Shown: positions 25,403 through 38,174, counted from the whole stretch's first letter. The stretch: DNA of 63,039 nucleotides, filler included, from Octopus bimaculoides (GCF_001194135.2; 5 parts of 5 records of this genome joined end to end with filler, not necessarily neighbours in it), one strand, 5' to 3'. The notes: generated by a model not told the origin, from the letters alone. Numbers and translations: made by a program.

Positions 25403-25739
25403 GGGTAAAGATCCCCTTCGGTCATGAATGACCATGGGATTGCACTTAGAAAGTTCTCCTCCGAAACACAAGTCCGGGAAAAGTTGTTTATGGAAGATCA
25501 GCAGTCGCCCATGAATGCCAGCCTCCCACTCTCCACACCACCGATGTTATCCAAGGAAAAGGCCGATACAGCTTGGCACCAGTGACGTCGCAACTTATTT
25601 CTATAGCCCAGTGAACTGGAGCAACGTGAAATAAGTGTCTTGCTCAAGAACACAACACACAGTCTAGTCCAGTCCGGGAATCGAACTCACTACCACATGA
25701 ATGTGAGCCCGACGCTCTAACCATTGAGCCATGCGCCTT
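25403..25739 (-). mobile_element. SINE family C, near full length, with an RTE-like 3' tail
   Basis: tRNA-like head (AAGGCGCATGGCTCAATGGTTAGAGC...GAGTTCGATTCCCGG), TGTGTTGTGTTCTTGAGCAAGACAC core, tail ending CATTCATGACCGAAGGGGATCTTTACCC. RTE origin of the tail is recalled, not computed. Confidence 0.75.
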
Positions 25740-25789
25740 ATATAATTATTAGATTATGTAAATTTTCAGTAAATAAGTTTTCAAATTCG

Positions 25790-25935
25790 AGAGCGTTGCG
25801 GCATATGACAGTACCTGAAAAAAGCTGGAAGGTACAACGGCCGAAATGTTGTAACTATAAGAACCAAAATAAGAAGAAACGACCGAATATATTAGTGTAT
25901 AATGATAATTCTTCGTATCAGAAACTCAGACAAAA
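25790..25935 (+). mobile_element. Penelope-like terminal repeat remnant
   Basis: CCTGAAAAAAGCTG...CGGCCGAAATGTT resembles the CCTGATGAAGGCTG...CAGCCGAAACGTT motif. Confidence 0.4.
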
Positions 25936-26644
25936 ATAAACAGCTATACGAGTGTGTGAGTGTGCGAAAGCGCGCGCGCGAACGTGCGCGTGTAATACTA
26001 TACGTAGTCAGTAGACTAAACAGTTACCCGGATACACATGTAATTTACGAAGAAACGAAATCTGCTACTCTACTACCTAATTCGTTTCACCATCTNNNNN
26101 NNNNNNNNNNNNNNNNNNNNNNNNNNNNNNNNNNNNNNNNNNNNNNNNNNNNNNNNNNNNNNNNNNNNNNNNNNNNNNNNNNNNNNNNNNNNNNNNNNNN
26201 NNNNNNNNNNNNNNNNNNNNNNNNNNNNNNNNNNNNNNNNNNNNNNNNNNNNNNNNNNNNNNNNNNNNNNNNNNNNNNNNNNNNNNNNNNNNNNNNNNNN
26301 NNNNNNNNNNNNNNNNNNNNNNNNNNNNNNNNNNNNNNNNNNNNNNNNNNNNNNNNNNNNNNNNNNNNNNNNNNNNNNNNNNNNNNNNNNNNNNNNNNNN
26401 NNNNNNNNNNNNNNNNNNNNNNNNNNNNNNNNNNNNNNNNNNNNNNNNNNNNNNNNNNNNNNNNNNNNNNNNNNNNNNNNNNNNNNNNNNNNNNNNNNNN
26501 NNNNNNNNNNNNNNNNNNNNNNNNNNNNNNNNNNNNNNNNNNNNNNNNNNNNNNNNNNNNNNNNNNNNNNNNNNNNNNNNNNNNNNNNNNNNAAAACTTC
26601 TCACCACATAGCCACGCCTGCGCCATGTAAAATAAATATCAATA

Positions 26645-27024
26645 ACTGTGTGGTAAGAAGCTTGCTTCCCAACCACATGGTTCCAGGTTCAGTCCTACTG
26701 CGTGGCACCTTGGGCAAGTAACTTGTACTATAGACTCAGGCAGACCAAAGCCATGTGAGTAGATTTGGTAGATGGAAATTGAAAGAAACCCGTTGTGTGT
26801 GTATATATAGGTGTGTAGGTGTGTATGTATGTGTGTGTGTGTGTAGGTGTGTGCGCGCGTTTGACCCCACTACCGCTTGACAACTCGTGTTGATTATGGT
26901 CCCGTAACTTAGCGATAGAATAAGTTTGAAGTTTAACGGGAAAATTGATTCATTCGACTGAAAATTCTTCAAGGCGGTTCCCCAGCATAGCCGCAGTCTA
27001 ATAACTGAAACAAGTAAAAAAAAG
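26645..27024 (+). mobile_element. SINE family B, near full length
   Basis: Head, CACCTTGGGCAAGT core, internal (TG)n and ACTGAAACAAGTAAAA tail. Confidence 0.88.
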
Positions 27025-28039
27025 ATGTATATCTTAAATAGTATTTATTGACTTGAATTTTTGTGGTTTTCGTCACTGTTTACAATTATCTTTAAAAAAA
27101 ATTTTCAACGTATCATATCGATGTAATTTTTAACGCTGAATCCGAATTTGTTATTCATTTATTCTAGACAAATTTTGCATAAATGTTACAGGTGTTCAAA
27201 GTTTTGATCATTTTCAGAATTTTCAGCCAATCACAAAACAGCGTGTTCGCTGCCTCTTCCATCATCAGGGTATGGGGCATCGGCATGTCAAAACATTAAA
27301 CTAGCTACAGTAAACAAACCATCATGAGTTGCTAGAAATAACAGTCAAAACATTAAAATATACACGATCAAAGTTAACATTAAGATATTCGCGGGCAAAT
27401 TAAATATTTAAAAGCTATGAAGAAACCAACAGGGATTGCTAAAAATAACAGTCAAAACATTGTTTAAAACAGATATTTATTAGTTAAAAAATTCAAGAAC
27501 GAAAGTTTGCAATACACTCTAGGATCTTATAAAATAAATTATCTTTCTTATATCTCCTTCTCCACATAAATTCACAAAGATAAGAATCAACCATGGAACG
27601 ATGTGTCTCACACCGGCATTTGTTTCCCACACTCCTTGTCCGCATGCGCAGTATCTTTGGTTATTGTGGAAACAGAGTGTGGAATACTCGCTTTTGGTTA
27701 CTATGGAAACAGATGTGTGAAATACTCGCTTCTGATTGGCTAAAATACCCAAATTTTGCAAATTTTAAAGATTGGATTTATAGGAAAAATGAATTTCCTT
27801 TTCATAATTAGTATACAAAACTTAATCCATATATCAAAGTTGAAAACAATTGGAACAAAATTGTAGGCGCAGGAGTAGCTGTGTAGTAATTTTTATTGTA
27901 TATTTAAAATTGTAAATATTTAATCGATACAGCTACTTCACCCCTTTTATGTTTGTCTGTCCTTGCTTGTCCCCTCTATGTTTAGCCCCTTGTGGGCAAT
28001 AAAAAAATAAGAAACGTTAGCACGCCGGACGAAATGCTT

Positions 28040-28139
28040 NNNNNNNNNNNNNNNNNNNNNNNNNNNNNNNNNNNNNNNNNNNNTTAATTAATTAANNNNN
28101 NNNNNNNNNNNNNNNNNNNNNNNNNNNNNNNNNNNNNNN
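28040..28139. other. artificial scaffold linker (44 N + TTAATTAATTAA + 44 N)
   Basis: An identical 100-bp structure occurs four times; the 12-mer gives stops in all six frames. Confidence 0.95.
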
Positions 28140-28962
28140 TATATATATATATATATATATATATTGTTTGGTGTAATGTACAGAAAATGAATATTGAGAA
28201 AAATAAACGTCAGAATTTTGGAAAAAAACAATCTTTTTATTTCATCATTATTATTAGCGCTTTCGTTCTTTTCTCGAATTTGTCAAATACAATTTTGTGA
28301 ATGCGCAAACAGCTTGATCATTTATTTAAAACAAGTTTTGTGAGGTTTTGTTTAGAAGAGAACATTGTTTTTGCTTTTTGGGGTGAGATTCCATGACGAT
28401 GGAGATGGAAAGATATAAATATAGGGACGTAGATAGGCTGATAGATAGATGTATAGATTGATAGATAGATAGACGGATAGATAATCAGACAGATAGGTAG
28501 GAGAGTGAAAGTGAGAGAAAGGGTATCCCCTTTCCTATTCACCATTTATTCATTTATTTATTTAGTTCGTTACCATTGCATTTGTATGGGTTTAAGGATG
28601 GTGATCTTTTCAGAAATAAAAAATAACAGGTGCGGTTTGGTCATCGTTGAAAGTCAATTTGCTTTCTTTCTCTTTTCCCCTTTTTCTTCTTTTTTTCCCC
28701 TCTTGCTTTTTGTCCTCTTTGAGTTATATTTAGAATACAAAATGTACTGTCACCCCTTCGAAACATTCACTTTTGGATGGAATTTTTTGATGAAATGTAG
28801 TTCTGCATGGAAAAAAATTAGGTTATGATTAACGAAAGTGTTTCACATATTACAATAGCCAGCGATATTGCTTACTCGGATAACAGATGGAAGTGTGTAG
28901 TTATAATGAAAAATGATTCCTACTTGATAGCTCCAATTCCCTCAAATATACAAAACCATTAA

Positions 28963-30378
28963 CGTTATAGGTATAAATATACGATAAACAAGTATCAAAA
29001 AATGGAGAAAAATGATGTTGAATCAAAATTAGATTTTATACAAAATTGGATTCAATACATACGCACGTTTCGAAAGACAACCCAAATATATAAGAAAAAT
29101 TTATAATCACAGTAATTATAATTAAATTCATGCATTGTCTTTCTCATCCGTGTGAGGAATATTTGGAAGAACATCAAAAAAGTTTAATAAAGAAATAAAA
29201 TATAATAAGGGAGAATGCAAATGGGGCAATATGGAAAAATCGGATATTTACAAAAAAGGTTGTAATAAGGAAACAAATAATATTAATAATAGGGAGTAAG
29301 ATGGAAACGAAAAACAAAGACATATCAGTATGTTTGAAAGTCTATATGTGCAGTAAACTATAACATAAAAATAAAAATCTAAGGGATATGTTTAACGAAA
29401 TAGTAACAGATCGCGACGAAGTATAATGTAAACAAGGAATAGTTTCACTAGCAGAAAAAAGCCATACGTATACAGATTAATATTGAAAGACGAAAAAATA
29501 TAAATATATTACAAGAGGCTTAAAGCTGAGAGACGAGACTATGTTTGAAAATGATAAAATATTTAAGTAAAAATGTACATACAAGCAGAGAAATGAGTAA
29601 AATCAAAAAGAACTGAAAGAAAAGCAACGATTTAAAGTTATTTTTGTTTTGTTTTCTTTTCTCTGTTTGTACAATTTTACTTAAATATTATATCATTTTC
29701 AAACATAGTCTTGTCTCTCAGCTTTAAGCCTCTTGTAATATATATATATATATATATCAATATGTATACGTATAACTCTCTATGGCTTTTTTCTGCTAGT
29801 GAACCTGTTGCGTTATATTTTACTAGACACACGTGGCCTCGTTTACATTATACTTCGTATCGACCTGTTACTATTTCGTTAAACACACCCCTTAGCGTTT
29901 TATTTTTATGTTATAATTTACTGCACAGATAGACTTGCATACACACTGATACGTCTTTCTTTTTCGTTTCACTATTATTATTATATTTTTCCTTTTACAA
30001 CTCGTTCGTAAATATCCTATTTTTTGCTCTTACCCCACCTGTATTCTCTCTTACTGTATCTTATTTTGTTATATTTTATTTTATTAAACTTTTTTGATGT
30101 TCTTCCAAAAATTCCTCACACTGATGAGAATGACAATGCATAAAATAAATTATAATTACTATAATTATAATATTTTTCTTACATATTTGTATTGTCTTTC
30201 GAAACCTGCGTATGTATTGAATCCAATTTTCTATTAAATCTAATTTTAATTCAACATCATTTTTCTCCATTTTTTAAATATATGTTTATGTTATATTTTG
30301 TATTAAATCTAATTTTGATTCAACATCTTTTTTCTCCGATTTTTAATACTTGTTTATGGTATATTTATACCTATAACG
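28963..30378. repeat. long imperfect palindrome (foldback-like), arms about 630-720 bp, spacer about 29594-29657
   Basis: 29509-29555 matches the reverse complement of 29692-29738 at 46/47 bases. Similarity continues with indels out to CGTTATAGGTATAAATATAC (28963) and its complement ending at 30378. Confidence 0.9.
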
Positions 30379-30544
30379 ACATTTTTCAACTATAATTTTC
30401 GTATTCTTATTATTTGCTCTGGCTGATTTTTATGAATATGATGAATCTTTATTAAAAATCATTTTTTCCCTCTTTTTGGATCTCTCAAAAAGTTTGTTCT
30501 TTTTGAACTTATATATATACACGTAAAGGTAGAACGTCCGAATG

Positions 30545-30925
30545 CTACACACTGTAAGAGGTCCAGCTTTATTTTGAAGAAACCTATGTCCACCCTATGC
30601 AAGTCTCTCAGGTCCTTCGGGAGGATATTGAAGATCTGTGGTCCTGTGAAGCCCAGGCTCTTGCAGTAGCTTGTCCTATAATTCGATGGCAAATTTGGAG
30701 TCCTTGGCACTATGCAGTGGCGCCCAGTTCTACTATTTGTGTAACTCTCCATGCTAACGTTTGGGACAAGTCCTTCCAGGATCTTCCAGATGCATATTAT
30801 GGCATAAATTTCTCGTCTACGCTCTAAGGAATATAGTCTTAATCTCTTGAGTCTTATATACTGCATAGAGGCTATCTTCTTTGTGTAGCTTCGTTCGATT
30901 GCCTCAAGTCCTGAGATTAGTTTGA
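30545..30925 (-). mobile_element. CR1/L2-group LINE ORF2 3' remnant
   Basis: LEAIERSYTKKI...LKRLRLYSLERRRE.YAII.IWKILEGLVPN...GPQIFNILPKDLRDL...FKIKLD. Confidence 0.85.
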
Positions 30926-31366
30926 CACTGGTTGGTGACCGTTGCTGTATATATATATATATATATNNNNNNNNNNNNNNNNNNNNNNNNNNNNNNNNNN
31001 NNNNNNNNNNNNNNNNNNNNNNNNNNNNNNNNNNNNNNNNNNNNNNNNNNNNNNNNNNNNNNNNNNNNNNNNNNNNNNNNNNNNNNNNNNNNNNNNNNNN
31101 NNNNNNNNNNNNNNNNNNNNNNNNNNNNNNNNNNNNNNNNNNNNNNNNNNNNNNNNNNNNNNNNNNNNNNNNNNNNNNNNNNNNNNNNNNNNNNNNNNNN
31201 NNNNNNNNNNNNNNNNNNNNNNNNNNNNNNNNNNNNNNNNNNNNNNNNNNNNNNNNNNNNNNNNNNNNNNNNNNNNNNNNNNNNNNNNNNNNNNNNNNNN
31301 NNNNNNNNNNNNNNNNNNNNNNNNNNNNNNNNNNNNNNNNNNNNNNAAAACAATAACAAAAAAACA

Positions 31367-31530
31367 ACAAAGTGAGGACGTGATATGGATAGTGTTATTG
31401 GACGCTCAGGAAAGGAAAGAGAGAGTGTATGACGTTTCGGGCGTAGCCCTTCGTCGGAAAGATGGAAAGTTCAGAGAATGGAAGAACGGAGAAAGAGGAA
31501 AATGGTACCGATGCCCACGAGGTTACATTG
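31367..31530 (-). mobile_element. Penelope-like terminal repeat fragment with a hammerhead-like motif
   Basis: Minus strand reads CCGACGAAGGGCTACGCCCGAAACGTC (31431-31457). Confidence 0.5.
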
Positions 31531-31879
31531 TGAAAAGACCGGAAGAGGAGGTGGTGGGGGAAAAGTTCTTTCTAAGACAGGAGAGTGAAAAAGGGAGATG
31601 AATATCTGTGCGTGTGCGTGAGTCTGCGAGTATGTGTGTGATAACATAGCGTGTGTGTGTGCGTATGTGTGTGTGTGTGTATATATGAATTTGTGTGTGT
31701 GTATGTATATATGCATTTGTGTATGTGTGTGTATATATATATATATATGTATATATGCATTTGTATATGTGTGTGTCTATATATATGTATGTATATATGC
31801 ATTTGTATATGTGTATATATGTATATATATGTATATATTTCTATAAGTATTCGTGTATATAAATATATTTGTATACATA

Positions 31880-31922
<43 letters not shown>

Positions 31923-32431
31923 ATATATGTATACATATATATATATATATGTGCGTGTGTGTGTGTNNNNNNNNNNNNNNNNNNNNNNNNNNNNNNNNNN
32001 NNNNNNNNNNNNNNNNNNNNNNNNNNNNNNNNNNNNNNNNNNNNNNNNNNNNNNNNNNNNNNNNNNNNNNNNNNNNNNNNNNNNNNNNNNNNNNNNNNNN
32101 NNNNNNNNNNNNNNNNNNNNNNNNNNNNNNNNNNNNNNNNNNNNNNNNNNNNNNNNNNNNNNNNNNNNNNNNNNNNNNNNNNNNNNNNNNNNNNNNNNNN
32201 NNNNNNNNNNNNNNNNNNNNNNNNNNNNNNNNNNNNNNNNNNNNNNNNNNNNNNNNNNNNNNNNNNNNNNNNNNNNNNNNNNNNNNNNNNNNNNNNNNNN
32301 NNNNNNNNNNNNNNNNNNNNNNNNNNNNNNNNNNNNNNNNNNNNNNNNNNNNNNNNNNNNNNNNNNNNNNNNNNNNNNNNNNNNNNNNNNNNNNNNNNNN
32401 NNNNNNNNNNNNNNNNNNNNNNNNNNNNNNN

Positions 32432-32464
<33 letters not shown>

Positions 32465-34222
32465 GTGAGAGAGAGAGGTGGGAATATGAGATAGTGAACT
32501 GATATTTGCAAACGATTTTGCATACAAAATAAATTTAAATTATCTTCTTATGTCAATAGATCCATGAATAAAAAAAACGAATATAATAAATAGAGTTTTA
32601 TATGGGTTTTGGTTAAATTCACTTGGCTTGAAAGTTATTGTCAGATACGTGGAACAGGCAAAACATATTTCCATTGAATTTAATTTCTGCTCACTGGTGT
32701 GAGACAAACGTTTTACTATTCTTACGTGTATTCTTACGATATTGTTACACGCTGATAATTATTAACTTTTTCTCGTAAACTATTTGTAAGCAGATCATCA
32801 GTGATGATTGTTACTGTTTCGTTTATCCTGCCATAACAGATTCTTAAGTTCAATTTATCATCACCATATTTCAGCGTCCACATGCTGCATATGTTTGGGC
32901 CTAAATGACAATCTATTAACTTTACATCATAATTGAACCCCTATATATATGCTATTGCATTAAACATATCAGTTTTAGAGAGAGTAAATTAGTAAACTCA
33001 CTATTACGACTTTCTAATTTCGTGCAAGTGTACTTTAAGGATGTGGTTATTTTCATTATCACAAATAAAACAATGGACGCAATGCGCGTATTTCTTCGTT
33101 ATGTGTACTTCTGGTAGAAACTTCATACGGGAGCGATGATTCCAAAGTATAAACTAGCTTTTGAATACGACCGTAATATTTGATAAACGACTGCAGGTCT
33201 TTTCCAAAATACATCTAGTGTAAGAAAATCGTGGCAAATTTTAACTAAAAGATGTTAGTTTTTAATAATGCAACTGGCGTTATCCCCGCAATTTTAAGTT
33301 TCCATGGATTAAGTTTTTGTTTCAATCATGCACATAGTCACCATACTTTTGGAAGTGATGAATCCTGATCTGTTTCAGAATGAATTTAAAGACTAACAAA
33401 TATATAGAATTCCTTTTCACAGTCTTTTTATCTCAGCGGTTTATGTATCTAGATTCGAGTCCTATAAATATAAAATTTAATTTCTCGCGAGGTCATGCTT
33501 CGTTGTGCACTTCAAATAAAACATCATTTGTTTCGAAATCAATGTAGCAATACCTAAGGGATCTCACTGTGCGCTTGATATATTTTAATTTCACACTGCA
33601 CTCCACGACATGTTCAGGTATATAACCTCTTGTTCTTTTAATCATTCTAAGCTGTGTAGCAAGAAAAATAGGGTCAACAGAAATTTCAAGCAATCATATA
33701 AATTTCAGTGGCGTTTTGGCTGTTACTGGGGATTTGTGCGGTTATTACGCTTTAGTAATATATTGAAAATTGATTTGTTTCTCTGCACAGAAACGAGTAA
33801 TGCTCTCAATCTAATAATTCTCTTAGGGTTCGAACTTGAATCTACATGCTTGGAAGCGACTTCTTTAAATCATAAAGATTGCTTATCTATGTGTATGTGT
33901 TTACACTTTTGCAGGATAAACGTTGAAAGTGTCCTCCAGGTGTTGGCATGTTAGATTTATCATTGTCAGACAAAAGCGGGCATGCGAAAGTTTTGACGTC
34001 TCTGTCAATCTTTCTTTTGCAAAACTTAACAAATGCATACTCTACTCAAAAGTATTGAGTAAGTCTTCAATTTAGTTTAATGCAAAATCGATTTATGTAA
34101 TTTGAGATAGAAACCAACCATCTTTGTTTATGAAATTTATATATATATATATATATATACACATAATTATTTTTGTCATTTAAGAACACATGAAAATGTA
34201 ATGGAAAGGGAGTATGTTTTAC

Positions 34223-34333
34223 TTCAATTGTGGTAACAATCAGCCTTTTCCCAGTCATGGTGTAGTTTTGTTGCGGAGCAGCACGTTCAATCTCAACTTC
34301 GTTGAAACCTTGAGTTGGTGTCCAGTTTCCAAT
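34223..34333 (-). CDS. single internal exon of an ionotropic glutamate receptor (end of N-terminal domain to start of S1), AMPA/kainate-like
   Basis: Pyrimidine-rich acceptor TCTTTTATTTTTAG, GTAAAA donor, 111 nt, phase 0-0, open. Translation IGNWTPTQGFNEVEIERAAPQQNYTMTGKRLIVTTIE matches the IG.W...G.N......N..L.VTTI(L/E) segment of GluA/GluK subunits. Confidence 0.7.
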
Positions 34334-35689
34334 CTAAAAATAAAAGACAAACGAAAAAGATTTATAAGTATATAAAGTCCACAGCAGGAATGAAGAAATA
34401 TAATCTAGGGTTAAGTTCTGCGATATATGTACAATTGAGTCTGTGATAAGTTGAAAAAAAATTCGATTAACTTATATTAATTTGGCAATAAGATGCCACG
34501 AAAAAAATGAAATAAAATAAAACGAAGAAAAGAAACCTGCAGTTTTTAATATCTTAAAAAACAAAATCAGGAAACAGCTCTAGTAAATGCAACTCCTACT
34601 ATTTTATCTGTTTCAGTCATCGAAATACAATCATGAAATACTTGAGATTTTTCAAACTTAGCATATGTAAAACGATACTGATACATCAATCTGTTTAATG
34701 AAAATTATGAATAAACATTTACTGTATCTGTACACAATATGGCAAATTTATTTTATATACTTTTGACCTAGGTGCCTTATGTTAAAACTTCCCCTGCTCC
34801 ATTATAAACTGGTCTGCTAGTAGAGAAACCCCCCACCTATAGTAGTTTGTCACTAAACCCAAATAAATTTTATAACTCTATCATCCATGTTTACTGTCTA
34901 TATTGTTTACACCTTTCCCTACAAAGAAAATGCTAGTGCTCTCTTAAGCTTTGAATCACTAGGTCTGATACGATGATCCATAAATCAGAAAAAAAAAAAA
35001 ATCAGTGACAGTTCAAAATCTGCTTAGAATGAATTACTAGCCTGTATGGTCTGGCTAAATCAAAATGATTTTTGTATTCTTCCTTTCTACTTAGAGNNNN
35101 NNNNNNNNNNNNNNNNNNNNNNNNNNNNNNNNNNNNNNNNNNNNNNNNNNNNNNNNNNNNNNNNNNNNNNNNNNNNNNNNNNNNNNNNNNNNNNNNNNNN
35201 NNNNNNNNNNNNNNNNNNNNNNNNNNNNNNNNNNNNNNNNNNNNNNNNNNNNNNNNNNNNNNNNNNNNNNNNNNNNNNNNNNNNNNNNNNNNNNNNNNNN
35301 NNNNNNNNNNNNNNNNNNNNNNNNNNNNNNNNNNNNNNNNNNNNNNNNNNNNNNNNNNNNNNNNNNNNNNNNNNNNNNNNNNNNNNNNNNNNNNNNNNNN
35401 NNNNNNNNNNNNNNNNNNNNNNNNNNNNNNNNNNNNNNNNNNNNNNNNNNNNNNNNNNNNNNNNNNNNNNNNNNNNNNNNNNNNNNNNNNNNNNNNNNNN
35501 NNNNNNNNNNNNNNNNNNNNNNNNNNNNNNNNNNNNNNNNNNNNNNNNNNNNNNNNNNNNNNNNNNNNNNNNNNNNNNNNNNNNNNNNNNNNNNNNNNNN
35601 NNNNNNNNNNNNNNNNNNNNNNNNNNNNNNNNNNNNNNNNNNNNATATATATATATATATAGCTCCTCACTAATAATAATAATCCTTTC

Positions 35690-35885
35690 TACCGAAGGCA
35701 AAAGGCTTGAAATTCGTGAGGAGAGGATAAGTCGATTACATCGACTCCAGTGGGTAACTGGTACTTATGTCATCTACCTCGAAATGATGAAACGCAAAGT
35801 TGACCCCGGCGGAATTTAAATGGAGCACATGCTGTTAAGTACATTGCTGTATGTACTAACGTTTCTGCCGGCTCTCCATCTTTAA
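35690..35885 (-). mobile_element. SINE family A, degenerate
   Basis: AAGTCGATTACATCGACTCCAGT...AACTGGTACTTA and GGCGGAATTT blocks. Confidence 0.7.
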
Positions 35886-37034
35886 TAGTTTCAAAGTTTG
35901 GGACAAGGCCAGCAATTTTAAGGGACGGGGGATTTTTCCAAATCTGTATGTCACAGATACTATTTTATCGAACGCAGAATGATGAACTCCGAACATAAAG
36001 AAAAAGAAAATTGGCTGCTAACCATTTTCCCTGATGTTCTAACAATGCCGCCATTGGTTTACTATTTTTGCACCAGGGCAGCTACTTTAGGGTAGGGTTT
36101 GTACTTGACTAACTCTTTATTTTATTGACCCGAAAAGATGAAAGGGAAATTTAACACAATAGGATTTACGCTCATAACGTAAAGAGCCGGACAAATGCTG
36201 CCTAGGTATTTGGTGCGACACAGCATCCTATGCTATAAACGTGCCGCCGTAATAATGATAATTATGTTTCTAATAATGTATATGCGTATGTGTGTACGTA
36301 TGTACACACACGTTGTACACCTCAGTTCAGTTATGAATATATATATTTTCAATATTATATCTTTCATAATAATGAGAGTATTTATACATAGAGACAGGAA
36401 AGTATACAAATATTTATTGTATACTCATGGGGCATATTTCAAAGCTTAGATAAATTACTGTCAGAGCATGGCAAGCTATTTCAGCCAGACAAAAATACGC
36501 ACATACAAAGAGTCCCGCACTCATTCACACACACAAACACACACATACATTGTCTGCATAGCACACTTAGACAGAAAGAACCTACATGAACTGGAGAGCA
36601 CTAAAATGACTTTTGTGACTTATTTAGCGATCGGCGAAGTCAAAGGAAGAGGTCCTATTTCTGTACTAACCGACAATATTCAAGATATTCAATTTGTTTG
36701 TGTTGTGATGTCAAAACATTCTCAATGAAATTTGCCTAAATCTTTATTGACGGCATGAATTAATTGCAGGCGAATTACGAATTATTGCGCTGGTTATTTG
36801 ATCTATACGAAACAGCGGTGCAATCACCCTGGAGTATCATCTTAACAATTTGAAAATTAATGAAATTAGATCAAGTAGCGTCGTATACTAGGTAAAATTC
36901 TTGGCTAATTAGTTACGTATTACAATTTTACGACTATGTGTTTAAGGATACAATCGATGCGGCATATTTGAATATTAACTCCTGATATAATTTTCATTGA
37001 GAAAAAGGTGACAGAAGCTTCTTCGTGTGTGAAA

Positions 37035-37066
<32 letters not shown>

Positions 37067-37504
37067 NNNNNNNNNNNNNNNNNNNNNNNNNNNNNNNNNN
37101 NNNNNNNNNNNNNNNNNNNNNNNNNNNNNNNNNNNNNNNNNNNNNNNNNNNNNNNNNNNNNNNNNNNNNNNNNNNNNNNNNNNNNNNNNNNNNNNNNNNN
37201 NNNNNNNNNNNNNNNNNNNNNNNNNNNNNNNNNNNNNNNNNNNNNNNNNNNNNNNNNNNNNNNNNNNNNNNNNNNNNNNNNNNNNNNNNNNNNNNNNNNN
37301 NNNNNNNNNNNNNNNNNNNNNNNNNNNNNNNNNNNNNNNNNNNNNNNNNNNNNNNNNNNNATATATATATATATATATATATATACGAAAGGTTTCTTTA
37401 AATTTTCGTCTACCAAACCCACTCACAATATTTTAGTCGTCTCGAGGCTATAGTAGAAGACACGTGGCCAAGGTGCCACGCAGTGGGACTGAGCCTGGAA
37501 CAAT

Positions 37505-37568
37505 GTGATTTGGATGCAAGTCGTGATTTGGATGCAAGTCGTGATTTGGATGCAAGTCGTGATTTGGA
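37505..37568. repeat. 18-bp tandem repeat GTGATTTGGATGCAAGTC, 3.6 copies, at the head of a minus-strand family B SINE (37428-37520)
   Basis: Three exact copies plus a 10-bp partial; no spacers. Confidence 0.95.
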
Positions 37569-38114
37569 GAAGAGTAAATGGAATCGTGTAACATTTAGCT
37601 TTGGTGAAGCCAAATGAACACCTCTTTCGAAAAGACCGGCAATTTTATAAAGATTCCATGTGTATTTGAATTGATGCCAAATTCTTACAGTGATGATTGG
37701 GTTCCTCTTTAATAGACCACTGACTTTAAGAATTCTCGATTGTTAGCTTTAAGTTTTGTAATTTGGATGTGAATATGCTGTATTGGTGTACAGCTGAGCA
37801 CCACTGAACGCTTCAATGTAGGAACGAGTTAGATATTCTCCGTCTCCTTTGTTATTCAATATATGCATAATTACATCTCTTGATATCTATCCTCTGTGTG
37901 TGTCTGTGTGTGATGTCATGAATGATTAAACTGCGGTCCCCGTTGAGAGGTCGCAGGTATTGTAACTACAGCTTGTTAGATTCACCTTCTAATTTAAACC
38001 TGCAATGACGGCTCGGTGTTGTTCTTAACAACGGCTATCCAAGTACTGCAAATACAAGGTCGATCCCCAAGGCAATGTTACACATTTCTACATTCTTATC
38101 GACACACACACACG

Positions 38115-38174
<60 letters not shown>

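Noticed and set aside
37505-37568. Possible CRISPR-like direct repeats
   Set aside because: The units are contiguous with no spacers, derive from a SINE head, and there are no cas genes.
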